Below are positions 27,980 through 36,441 of a DNA stretch of 64,000 bases, piece by piece (position 1 is the stretch's first letter; every line of letters begins with the position of its first letter). The notes beneath the pieces were generated by a model that saw only the letters and a program-made list of their open reading frames with translations, ran no database searches and was not told the DNA's origin. A program made the position numbers and the translations under genes. This stretch comes from Clostridia bacterium (lineage in GTDB: Bacteria; Bacillota; Clostridia; HGM11514), in the NCBI GenBank assembly GCA_045586685.1, contig JAZNAU010000034.1, positions 1-64,000 on the forward strand, given 5' to 3'.

Positions 27980-28545
27980 TTCCGCTCCTTTTCAAACATT
28001 TCTTTCATTCGCTTTTGTTGAATCTTCAATGCCAATATGTCATCGTCGTCCATTGTATCACAAGCAGAAATACAGTTAAATGGATTTACACGCACTCCTT
28101 TTGTTTTGTATTGTTTTTTTCTCTCTCTTTTTTTATTTATATTATCACTCACAGTTTCAGTCACAGTATCACTCACACTATCATTCACATCACTGCTCAT
28201 ATCATTGTTCACACAATCGGTATCGCTGAAAAAAATTTGTGAGTGAAAATGGGAGTTCATGATTTGCTCCATACTTTTTAGTTGATAGGTTCTTTGTTCT
28301 CCCGGTCGGTATGGGGAGCAAACCAGCAATCCTGCTTTGATTAAGCCTTTACGTGCGTTGGAAAGTCCATTCTGGCTCATACTGCAATCTACGCAAAGCA
28401 ACTTGTCAGAAATTGTAAACTTTTTTCCTAACCCTACGCTGTTTGATGCCATAAACAAGGCGTCCCAAAGAGCAATTTCTCCTGTGGATAAATGATAACT
28501 TCTTTTAAATCTTGTAAAGCATAGTTTTTCTGTAATAAAATTCAT
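27898..28545 (-). CDS. Phage/DnaD-type replication initiator-like protein (N-terminal winged helix)
   Basis: AAAGGAG RBS; MNFI.E...F......LSTGEIALW.AL...N......F......L......S......AR..L...GL..........Y.L resembles Firmicute phage replisome-organiser N-termini; repeat-rich linker. Confidence 0.6.
   Translation of the reverse strand: MNFITEKLCFTRFKRSYHLSTGEIALWDALFMASNSVGLGKKFTISDKLLCVDCSMSQNGLSNARKGLIKAGLLVCSPYRPGEQRTYQLKSMEQIMNSHFHSQIFFSDTDCVNNDMSSDVNDSVSDTVTETVSDNINKKRERKKQYKTKGVRVNPFNCISACDTMDDDDILALKIQQKRMKEMFEKERNQTAPDDSESDSCNNAINSSPVMVSCS
28143..28214. repeat. Tandem 12-bp degenerate repeats (iteron-like) inside the initiator-like gene
   Basis: TATCACTCACAG TTTCAGTCACAG TATCACTCACAC TATCATTCACAT plus two weaker copies. 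Confidence 0.75.
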
Positions 28546-28616
28546 AGCAATTCTCCTTTATGAAATTTTTACTCTATATATTTATCATATCATAAAAAAG
28601 TTGCCATGACTTGCAC

Positions 28617-28652
28617 AAAAAAAGAATCGGCTATAAAACCGATTCTTTTTTT
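28617..28652 (-). terminator. Terminator after the D-2-hydroxyacid dehydrogenase gene
   Basis: AAAAAAAGAATCGG-ctataaaa-CCGATTCTTTTTTT. Confidence 0.8.
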
Positions 28653-29680
28653 TAAAAACATCGTTTCTTGTGCTTTTTATCGCACTGTCCTGATTTTGTG
28701 CAATGATAACAGATTTCGTTTACCAATGGCTTGTCGGTAAAGTATGCATCTAAATTTTCAATGGTGGTCTGTGCGATATTTTCCAGTGCTTCGTGGGTTA
28801 AGAACGCCTGATGGGAGGTAATCAGCACGTTGGGCATCCCCATAAGCCGTGCTAAAATATCGTCTAAAATTACCTTTCCTGAACGGTCCTCGTAGAAAAA
28901 GTCTGTTTCTTCTTCATATACATCCAGTCCCGCACCGCCTATCTGACCTGATTTTAATGCTTCTACCAGTGCTTCGCTGTCAATCAATGAACCGCGAGAG
29001 GTGTTGATAAGAAACGTCCCCTTTTTCATCATGGAAAGGGTGGTTTCGTTTATGATATAATGGGTGGATTCAGTGAGAGGACAATGGAGAGAAATAATAT
29101 CCGATTCCTTGCAGAGTTCCTCTAAGGAAACATAGTCAATTCCCTCTACAGGATAGGGATCGTAGGCAATGACCTTCATACCGAATCCTTTACAGATGTC
29201 AATAAATACCCTTCCGATTTTTCCCGTTCCGATGACACCCACTGTTTTTCCGTGAAGGTCAAATCCGGTTAGTCCGTTTAACGTAAAGTTAAAATCACGG
29301 GTACGGAAATATGCCTTGTGAATTTTTCGGTTTAAAGTAAGCAACAATGCCATTGCATGCTCTGCTACCGCATAAGGAGAATAGGCTGGGACACGGACAA
29401 TATGAATTTTTTCATAGGCTGCTTCAAAATCTACATTATTATATCCGGCACATCGCATTGCTACAATGGTGATGCCGTTCTTGTACAGTGTGTCCAGAAC
29501 GGTTTTGTCCAAGGTGTCATTCACAAATGCCACAACTCCGTCATATCCCGCTGCCAATCCTACTGTATCCTCGTTTAATTTGTTTTCAAAGTATTTAATT
29601 TTATAACCATGTTTTTCGCTAAGGGGCGTAAAATAAATTTTGTCATAAGGTTTTGCATCGAAAAAAGCAATTTTTTTCAC
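28652..29680 (-). CDS. ldhA: D-lactate / D-2-hydroxyacid dehydrogenase (LdhA-like)
   Basis: RCAGYNNVD, RVPAYSP.AVAEHA, GTGKIG, NTSRG, DVYEEE, TSHQAFLT; true start GTG 29680 behind AGGAGG. Confidence 0.88.
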   Translation of the reverse strand: MKKIAFFDAKPYDKIYFTPLSEKHGYKIKYFENKLNEDTVGLAAGYDGVVAFVNDTLDKTVLDTLYKNGITIVAMRCAGYNNVDFEAAYEKIHIVRVPAYSPYAVAEHAMALLLTLNRKIHKAYFRTRDFNFTLNGLTGFDLHGKTVGVIGTGKIGRVFIDICKGFGMKVIAYDPYPVEGIDYVSLEELCKESDIISLHCPLTESTHYIINETTLSMMKKGTFLINTSRGSLIDSEALVEALKSGQIGGAGLDVYEEETDFFYEDRSGKVILDDILARLMGMPNVLITSHQAFLTHEALENIAQTTIENLDAYFTDKPLVNEICYHCTKSGQCDKKHKKRCF

Positions 29681-29730
29681 GAAAAATCCTCCTTTTTCTA
29701 TTAGTATGGTTTGTTCTTTCGGTAATATAC

Positions 29731-29760
29731 AAAAAAACGAGGACAAAAGTCCTCGTTTTT
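29731..29760 (-). terminator. Terminator after tRNA-Val
   Basis: AAAAACGAGGAC-aaaa-GTCCTCGTTTTT. Confidence 0.82.
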
Positions 29761-29762
29761 CT

Positions 29763-29838
29763 TGGTGGGCACAACAGGGCTCGAACCTGTGACCCTCTGC
29801 TTGTAAGGCAGATGCTCTCCCAGCTGAGCTATGCGCCC
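29763..29838 (-). tRNA. tRNA-Val (anticodon TAC)
   Basis: Minus strand GGGCGCATAGCTCAGCTGGGAGAGC...CTTACAAG...GGTTCGAGCCC...GCCCACCA, 76 nt. Confidence 0.97.
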
Positions 29839-29856
29839 GTCTCAATAACATAAATA

Positions 29857-29885
29857 ATTATATCAGAAAAGACGCAAAAAGTCAA
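29857..29885 (-). promoter_or_regulatory. SigA promoter of tRNA-Val
   Basis: Minus strand TTGACT-17bp-TATAAT with extended TG. Confidence 0.8.
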
Positions 29886-30102
29886 CTGTATCTTTTTCTA
29901 AACAAAAAGAAAATATTTGTTTTGTTTTTGTGCAATATATCTATTTCTTCGAGGGCGGAATATGAACAAGGTATCAACTGAAATCTAATAGGTTTTGAAT
30001 ATTTTTTAAAGTTGTTCTTATTTTTTGTGTCAAGCTATTTTCTAATAAATAGAAAAATTTTTCTCCATTCTTAATTTCTTATAAAAAGATTAGAAATAAC
30101 CA

Positions 30103-30131
30103 TTGAAATTATTGAATAAATATGATAAAAT
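30103..30131 (+). promoter_or_regulatory. SigA promoter of ddl-murI-argS
   Basis: TTGAAA-17bp-TAAAAT with extended TG. Confidence 0.6.
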
Positions 30132-30159
30132 AAAAGTTAAGTGTTAGGAGGCGTGTAGG

Positions 30160-31206
30160 TTGAAAAGAATTTGTGTATTATTCGGGGGTATGTCAGAGGA
30201 ATATGATGTATCCTGTGTGTCGGCAAGTTATGTTGCAGAAGAACTTGACCCGTCGAAATATGAAGTAATAAAGGTAGGAATTACAAAAAGCGGTGAATGG
30301 AAACTGTTTTTAGGAAGTACTCAGGAAATGCGTGACCATGTATGGGAAAAGGGAGACTGTGTTCCTTGTATCCTTTCTCCGGACAGAAAGAACAGCGGGT
30401 TGCTGGTAAAAGAAAAAAACGGAATGGAACGAATTTCTATTGATATATTGTTCCCCGTGCTTCACGGTGCCTACGGGGAAGACGGTTGTATTCAGGGGTT
30501 ATTTAAAATGAGCGGAATTCCTTTTGTAGGATGTTCTGTTGCCGCCTCGGCCCTTGGAATGGATAAAGCACTTTCTAAAATGGTATTTGATACAGCGGGG
30601 ATATCACAGGCAAAATGGGTATTGTTTGATGATATTACAAGGGAAAATCCTGTTGATGCCGCCATTCGTGCGGAAGGGGAGTTATCCTATCCTATGTTTG
30701 TAAAACCCGCATGCACCGGTTCTTCGATTGGAATTACAAAAGCCCATAATCGAGAGGAATTGCTCCATGCTTTTGAGATTGCAGCAAAGGTGGATTCTAA
30801 GGTTCTGATGGAAGAAACCATTGTAGGCAGAGAGTTAGAATGTGCTGCAATGGGGAACGGTGTTCCGAAGATTTCCTGTGTAGGAGAAGTATTATCGGCC
30901 GGTGAATTTTATGATTATGAATCCAAGTATTTTGACGAAGGATCAAAAACTGTTATTCCGGCCTCGTTAACAAAAGAAGAATCGGATAAAATCCGCACCG
31001 CAGCGAAAAAAGCTTACCAAGCACTGGGGTGCAGAGGGTTGTCCCGTTGCGATTTTTTTCTGACGGCGGACGGAACGGTTTATATCAATGAAATCAATAC
31101 GTTACCCGGATTTACACAAATTAGTATGTTTACAAAACTGTGGATGGCTGAAGGATATACATATTCTCAACTGCTGGATGAATTGATCAGCTATGCAGTG
31201 TGTTAA
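30160..31206 (+). CDS. ddl: D-alanine--D-alanine ligase
   Basis: FGG.SEE..VS, LHGAYGEDG, GSSIG, FYDYESKY, NEINTLPG. Confidence 0.95.
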   Translation: MKRICVLFGGMSEEYDVSCVSASYVAEELDPSKYEVIKVGITKSGEWKLFLGSTQEMRDHVWEKGDCVPCILSPDRKNSGLLVKEKNGMERISIDILFPVLHGAYGEDGCIQGLFKMSGIPFVGCSVAASALGMDKALSKMVFDTAGISQAKWVLFDDITRENPVDAAIRAEGELSYPMFVKPACTGSSIGITKAHNREELLHAFEIAAKVDSKVLMEETIVGRELECAAMGNGVPKISCVGEVLSAGEFYDYESKYFDEGSKTVIPASLTKEESDKIRTAAKKAYQALGCRGLSRCDFFLTADGTVYINEINTLPGFTQISMFTKLWMAEGYTYSQLLDELISYAVC

Positions 31207-31217
31207 GGAGAGAGAAC

Positions 31218-32024
31218 ATGGATCAACGTTGTATCGGTGTGTTTGATTCAGGCCTTGGTGGTCTGACGGCAGTGCGTGAATTAAGACGTGTTTTGCCCAA
31301 AGAAAATATTATCTATTTTGGCGATACCGGTCGAGTGCCTTACGGAACTCGTTCGGATGCTACCATTATCAAATATACCCGTCAGGATATTAACTTTTTA
31401 AAGCGGTTTGATGTGAAAATGATTTTGGTTGCCTGCGGAACGGTAAGCTCTGTGGGTTTGCCTGTGTTAAAAGAGGAATATCCTGATCTTCCCTTGGTGG
31501 GCGTTGTAGAGGCTGCATCCCATGCGGCGGTCAATGCCACAAAGAATGGGAAAGTAGCAATTTTAGGAACAAACGGTACCATCCGAAGCGGTTCCTATCA
31601 GGCTGAGCTGAAACGAAGAAATGCTGATATTCAGTCAATAGGGAAAGCGTGTCCCATGTTTGTTCCCTTGGTAGAAAACGGATATACCGACTGTCAGGTA
31701 GCACGGCTCATTGCAGAGGAGTATCTGGAAGATGTGATAAAATTTGGAGCGGATACTGTGATTTTGGGTTGTACTCATTATCCCTTACTAAAAAAAGTAA
31801 TTAGCGAAAAGGTGGGACAAGGAGTCACCCTGATTGATGTGGGGGCTCAAGCGGCACATAAGGTTGCTGAGGAACTGGAGAAGAGAAAAATGCTTGCTGA
31901 AAACACAGGAGCAGTTTCTTACTATGTCAGCGATAATGTGGATAATTTTGCAGCGTTGGGCAGTTTATTTTTACAATGCGAATTGAAAGAACAGGTAGAA
32001 AAAATAGACATTGAAAGGTTTTGA
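31218..32024 (+). CDS. murI: Glutamate racemase
   Basis: FDSGLGGL, PYG, ACGT, LGCTHYP. Confidence 0.95.
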   Translation: MDQRCIGVFDSGLGGLTAVRELRRVLPKENIIYFGDTGRVPYGTRSDATIIKYTRQDINFLKRFDVKMILVACGTVSSVGLPVLKEEYPDLPLVGVVEAASHAAVNATKNGKVAILGTNGTIRSGSYQAELKRRNADIQSIGKACPMFVPLVENGYTDCQVARLIAEEYLEDVIKFGADTVILGCTHYPLLKKVISEKVGQGVTLIDVGAQAAHKVAEELEKRKMLAENTGAVSYYVSDNVDNFAALGSLFLQCELKEQVEKIDIERF

Positions 32025-32030
32025 TTGGCA

Positions 32031-32450
32031 ATGGAAAAAAAGATGTTTTTAAAGATATTAGGCAATCGCAAACAGGATGGGGAAGAAGAGAAAGTGGAAT
32101 TTGTTACCGAAGCTCTTTATCGCCGCGAGGAGGATGGATATTCTGTTGAATATAAAGAATCTGAGGTAACAGGAATGGAAGGAACGACGACTTTGATTCA
32201 ATTCCGACCTAAAGAAATTTCGATTTCCCGTATGGGAACCAGCAATTCCCATTTGAGGTTTGAAGAAGGGAAAAAGCACGTCACTATGTACGAAACAGAA
32301 CTGGGAATGCTTTCTATGGGTGTCAGCTCCAGCCATATTTCAGTACAGATGGACGAGGGCGGCGGTCAGGCAGAATTTGATTATCTTTTAGAAATCAATA
32401 GTGTTCAGGCGTCGGACAATCATTTTTCTATGAAGGTTTGGGAGGTATAA
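32031..32450 (+). CDS. DUF1934 family beta-barrel protein
   Basis: Y.ESE.TGMEGT.T and R.G.....L.FE.G..H...Y.T..G; conserved position before argS. Confidence 0.82.
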   Translation: MEKKMFLKILGNRKQDGEEEKVEFVTEALYRREEDGYSVEYKESEVTGMEGTTTLIQFRPKEISISRMGTSNSHLRFEEGKKHVTMYETELGMLSMGVSSSHISVQMDEGGGQAEFDYLLEINSVQASDNHFSMKVWEV

Positions 32451-32453
32451 ACA

Positions 32454-34136
32454 ATGAAGATAAATCCAATTCAGCAAGTGAAGGAAGAAATCAGTGATAT
32501 TATTTTAAATGGATTAAAGGCAGAAGGATTGGACCAATTTGGTGCGGAAATTGAGCTGGAAAAGCCCAAAGATGCAGGACACGGAGATTTTGCAACCAAT
32601 ATTGCAATGCGCCTTGCAAAACCGGCGAAATCTGCCCCCCGCGCTATTGCGGACAAGCTGGCAGCTGCATTTGAATTAGAAAACAGTTGTATTGAGAAGG
32701 TGGAAGTGGCAGGTCCCGGATTCATTAACTTTACCTTGAAACCGGAGTGGTTTTATTCTGTTTTGGATATTATTCAGAAGGAAAACGCCGATTACGGTCG
32801 GGTAAACGTGGGAGAAGGAAAAAAGGTAATGGTGGAATTTGTATCCGCTAATCCCACAGGACCCATGCATGTGGGAAATGCCCGAGGCGGTGCAATCGGT
32901 GATGTGCTGGCAAGTGTACTGGATTTTGCAGGGTTTAATGTCACCCGTGAGTTTTACATTAACGATGCGGGAAACCAGATTGAAAAATTCGGGATGTCTT
33001 TGGAAGCAAGATATTTACAGCTCCTTCAGGGAGAGGATAGTGTGACTTTCCCTGAAGACGGTTATCACGGCGAGGATATTACTCAACTGATGCGTGATTA
33101 TATTGAGTTATATGGTGATTCTGAGCTTTCTAAAAGTTCTGAGGAACGAAAACAAGCATTGGTTGCCTTTGGTTTGGAAAAGAATATTGCAGGCATTAAA
33201 AAAACCATGGAACAGTTTGGGGTCCATTATGACGTGTGGTTCCGTGAGAGCGAACTGTATAAAAGCGGAGAAGTAAAGGATACGATTGCTCAGCTAACCG
33301 CTACCGGGAAAGCCTATGAGCAGGAGGGCGCCACTTGGTTTGGTGCTACCGCCTTCGGTGCAGAAAAGGATGAAGTGTTGGTTCGTTCCAACGGAATCCC
33401 CACTTACTTTGCAGCAGATATTGCTTATCATCAGAATAAGTTTAAAACCCGTGAGTTTGATACGGTTATTGATGTTTGGGGTGCAGACCATCACGGTCAT
33501 ACCGCCCGTATGAAGGGGGCGATGGACATCTTAGGAATCAATCCTGACAGACTTCAATTTGTATTGATGCAGTTGGTTCGTCTGATGCGTGACGGAGAAG
33601 TTTACAAGGTGTCCAAAAGAACAGGAAAAGCCATTACATTAAATGAATTGTTAGAGGATATTGGCAGTGACGCTGCACGGTTTTTCTTCAATCTCCGTCA
33701 GCCCTCCAGTCACTTTGATTTTGATTTGGATTTGGCAGTGTCTCAGAGTAATGAAAATCCTGTCTATTATGTACAGTATGCCTATGCACGCTGTTGCAGT
33801 ATTTTACGGATGTTGGAAGCGGAAAATGTGGTTGTGCCCGACTATAAGGATACAGATTGTTCCTTGATGAATTCACCACAGGAAATGGCTCTTTTGGAAC
33901 GTCTTTCTGCGTTCCCTCAGGAAATTACTGATGCGGCAGACCAATACGAACCCTCTAAAATCACTCGATATACCGTTGAATTGGCAGCTGCATTTCATTC
34001 CTTCTACAACGCAAATCGGGTAAAAGGGGAAGAGGTTGCGTTAATGAAGGCAAGATTATTACTAATTGATTGTGTGAAAACAACTCTTTCTAATGCGCTG
34101 CGGGTTTTGGGGGTAACAGCGCCGGAACGGATGTAA
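32454..34136 (+). CDS. argS: Arginine--tRNA ligase
   Basis: GDFATN, EFVSANPTGPMHVGNARG (HIGH motif), WGADHHG, SKRTG, YVQYA. Confidence 0.97.
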   Translation: MKINPIQQVKEEISDIILNGLKAEGLDQFGAEIELEKPKDAGHGDFATNIAMRLAKPAKSAPRAIADKLAAAFELENSCIEKVEVAGPGFINFTLKPEWFYSVLDIIQKENADYGRVNVGEGKKVMVEFVSANPTGPMHVGNARGGAIGDVLASVLDFAGFNVTREFYINDAGNQIEKFGMSLEARYLQLLQGEDSVTFPEDGYHGEDITQLMRDYIELYGDSELSKSSEERKQALVAFGLEKNIAGIKKTMEQFGVHYDVWFRESELYKSGEVKDTIAQLTATGKAYEQEGATWFGATAFGAEKDEVLVRSNGIPTYFAADIAYHQNKFKTREFDTVIDVWGADHHGHTARMKGAMDILGINPDRLQFVLMQLVRLMRDGEVYKVSKRTGKAITLNELLEDIGSDAARFFFNLRQPSSHFDFDLDLAVSQSNENPVYYVQYAYARCCSILRMLEAENVVVPDYKDTDCSLMNSPQEMALLERLSAFPQEITDAADQYEPSKITRYTVELAAAFHSFYNANRVKGEEVALMKARLLLIDCVKTTLSNALRVLGVTAPERM

Positions 34137-34166
34137 CGATTTACTACTCTGTCAGGAGGCGAAACA

Positions 34167-35681
34167 ATGATGAAAAAAAGAATATTGAGTATTTTCCTCT
34201 CTTTTATCTTGGTATTTTCTCTTTCCTTTTCTGTATTTTCCATGGATGAAATGAGCGTGGAGGAATATCAGAAGCAAATCGCGGAAAATGCGGCCAATAT
34301 GGGAATCAGCGTGGAAGAATATACCGAGCTTTTGTCAAATTCCATGTTTAAGTACTACAAAAGTTATATGGAAGATATTATGGAAAACTATAAGTTTGGA
34401 ATTTCCATGGAAGAACTTTATGAATTGACCATCAAAGGGTTGATTGGAGTTGATCGCGGTCAGTTAGAGCTGGCATTTTCGTCTGTGTTTGAAGGCTTGG
34501 ATGCGAACAGTCAGTATTTTGATAAAAATACATATGCAAGCTTTACACAAAATCTTGACGACAGTATGTATGGTGTGGGAATTGTTGTTACCAATCTGGA
34601 GGACAGAATTGTTGTTACAGACTTTCCCATTGATAATTCTCCTGCAGAGCTGGCAGGGGTCAGTGTAGGAGATGAGTTGATTTCAGTTGACGGACGAAAT
34701 GTAAAGGGAATGAATGTGAACGAAATTGCTCCTTTTATTCGGGGGTCCTTGGGAACCTCGGTTTCATTGGAATTTCTACGGGGGAAGGAAACCTATTCGG
34801 TGACTCTGATTCGTGTGGAAATTAAGCAAAATGCGGTTTCGTACGAATATTTGGACGGAAATATTCTTCATCTGGAGCTTTCAACCTTTAATCAGGGTTG
34901 TGCAGAAGAAGTGAAAAAAGTGCTGGAGGAAGCCGATTCTAAAAATATCAAAAAAGTGATTTTGGATTTACGGAACAATTCCGGCGGACTTGGTTCCGAA
35001 GCCTTTGCCATTGCATCCTTATTTTTGCCGAAAAACACGATGATTGCGACAATGGAATATAAGGACGAGTCTAAAAATGAAGTGCATAAATCCACTGCCA
35101 GATTTAAAGAAAAGAAATATGAAACGGTTGTCCTGATCAATGAATACAGTGCATCAGCCTCCGAGCTTTTGGCAGCAGCCTTTCAGGATAATAAAATGGG
35201 TGTTCTGATAGGGACAAATTCTTACGGAAAGGGAAGCGGACAACAGGTTTATGCATTACATGCGTTTAACAGTGGCTATAAATTGACCGTTTGCCAATAC
35301 CGTACGCCTGACGGAACCTTACTTCCCGCAACGGGACTGAATCCGGATATTAAAGTTGAAAATCCTTTGGTTTATGTGAATAAAAATAAAGATATTCCCC
35401 AGATGACTATGGAGCGGAAGTTGTACTTCGGTGACAGCGGAGAAGATGTGAAGGCTTGTCAGATTCGTCTTTCAATGCTTGGATATTTAATGGGAAATTA
35501 TGATGGGAATTTTGATCAAAGAACCGCAAATGCAGTAAGTGAATTCCAAAAGGATAACGGACTTTATCCTTGCGGTGATCTGGATAATTCCACTCAGGGG
35601 AAATTATATGTAGCTTCGGCACCGTTGCAGGCCATTCAGGATGACCAGATCCGTGCCGCGATTGATTATTTTTCTGAATGA
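34167..35681 (+). CDS. S41 carboxyl-terminal protease with PDZ and peptidoglycan-binding domain (CtpA-like)
   Basis: Signal peptide, PDZ (GVGI, SPAE.AG), DLRNNSGG, SASASE, SYGKG; PG-binding G.DV...Q..L..LGY. Confidence 0.9.
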   Translation: MMKKRILSIFLSFILVFSLSFSVFSMDEMSVEEYQKQIAENAANMGISVEEYTELLSNSMFKYYKSYMEDIMENYKFGISMEELYELTIKGLIGVDRGQLELAFSSVFEGLDANSQYFDKNTYASFTQNLDDSMYGVGIVVTNLEDRIVVTDFPIDNSPAELAGVSVGDELISVDGRNVKGMNVNEIAPFIRGSLGTSVSLEFLRGKETYSVTLIRVEIKQNAVSYEYLDGNILHLELSTFNQGCAEEVKKVLEEADSKNIKKVILDLRNNSGGLGSEAFAIASLFLPKNTMIATMEYKDESKNEVHKSTARFKEKKYETVVLINEYSASASELLAAAFQDNKMGVLIGTNSYGKGSGQQVYALHAFNSGYKLTVCQYRTPDGTLLPATGLNPDIKVENPLVYVNKNKDIPQMTMERKLYFGDSGEDVKACQIRLSMLGYLMGNYDGNFDQRTANAVSEFQKDNGLYPCGDLDNSTQGKLYVASAPLQAIQDDQIRAAIDYFSE

Positions 35682-35776
35682 TATTGTTCGGTGTTTTTTC
35701 CGAAAATCAGTTCATCCAAATCGCCTTGTTCTTTTGGGACAGGGCGTCTTTGTTCTTCCTTTTTCTTTTTTTCCAC
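35666..35776 (-). CDS. Putative 36-aa small protein (MEKKKKEEQRRPVPKEQGDLDELIFGKNTEQYHSEK)
   Basis: GTG start 6 nt after AAGGAAGG; SigE-like promoter upstream; below the ORF-track cutoff. Confidence 0.5.
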   Translation of the reverse strand: MEKKKKEEQRRPVPKEQGDLDELIFGKNTEQYHSEK

Positions 35777-35894
35777 ATGAAACCTTCCTTTCTGAAATAC
35801 TACCTACATTATATGAGGATGGGGTTGAAAAATAACCGTTCTTCTCAAAAAAAATTTGCATATCATGTTAGAAAGAAACAAGGAGGGGAATAAT

Positions 35895-36401
35895 GTGAAA
35901 TATCTTTGTGCCATACTTTGTGTCTTGTTGACAGGATGTACCCATGCAAATATCGAAACTTTAAATCATCAGCAAAAGGTGTTAATTTCCTTATATTTTC
36001 CTGAAAAAGTGACACACCGCCTGACGGAAGAAAAACGGTTTGTACCCAAGGAACAGGTGAGAACCGTTGAGGAAAAGATTGAATATGTATTAAAAGAATT
36101 GCAAAAGGGTCCGGAAAGCGACGGGTTGGAATCACCCTTTCCAAAGATGGGCACCATGAAATTAAATCGTTTTTCTGCACATCAGGCAGTGGTAGATTTC
36201 AGCAGTGATTTTGTAGAGGCACACAGTGGAGGCAGTACAGGAGAATTTCTTACCTTGTATTCTATTGCCAATTCGCTAACAAAAATTCCTGAAGTAAATC
36301 GTGTCAGCTTTACTGTTGAAGGAGAAGAAAACGAGTTGTTAAACGGACACTTTGATTTAACGGACATCTTCTCTTTCAGTATTGACGAAATTAAAAATTA
36401 A
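35895..36401 (+). CDS. GerMN domain lipoprotein
   Basis: Lipobox LTGC; LYF, L.KGP, VDFS, GGST.E...LYSIANSLT, V.F.VEG. Confidence 0.88.
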   Translation: MKYLCAILCVLLTGCTHANIETLNHQQKVLISLYFPEKVTHRLTEEKRFVPKEQVRTVEEKIEYVLKELQKGPESDGLESPFPKMGTMKLNRFSAHQAVVDFSSDFVEAHSGGSTGEFLTLYSIANSLTKIPEVNRVSFTVEGEENELLNGHFDLTDIFSFSIDEIKN

Positions 36402-36410
36402 GAGTATAAT
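36382..36410 (+). promoter_or_regulatory. SigA promoter of cls
   Basis: TTGACG-17bp-TATAAT. Confidence 0.7.
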
Positions 36411-36441
36411 AACAATATGAAAATAAATACGGGGGATAAAG

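Noticed and set aside
27976-28246. Plus-strand ORFs with His/Thr/Ser repeats
   Set aside because: They are antisense readings of the 12-bp repeats. The minus-strand ORF has the RBS and the family-like N-terminus.
18977-29838. Integrative element or prophage bounded by either tRNA
   Set aside because: I found no duplicated tRNA 3' end (att site), no integrase and no structural phage genes; the intervening genes are mostly housekeeping.
29681-29851. N-terminal extension of the 399-aa minus-strand ORF
   Set aside because: It runs through tRNA-Val and its terminator; the real start is GTG 29680 with an AGGAGG RBS.
28652-31206. D-lactate dehydrogenase next to a D-Ala ligase, as a vanH/vanA-like glycopeptide resistance pair
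   Set aside because: The genes are divergent and separated by tRNA-Val. The ligase has the canonical FYDYESKY omega loop of D-Ala-D-Ala ligases and sits in a core ddl-murI-argS context. No vanX, vanR or vanS is present.
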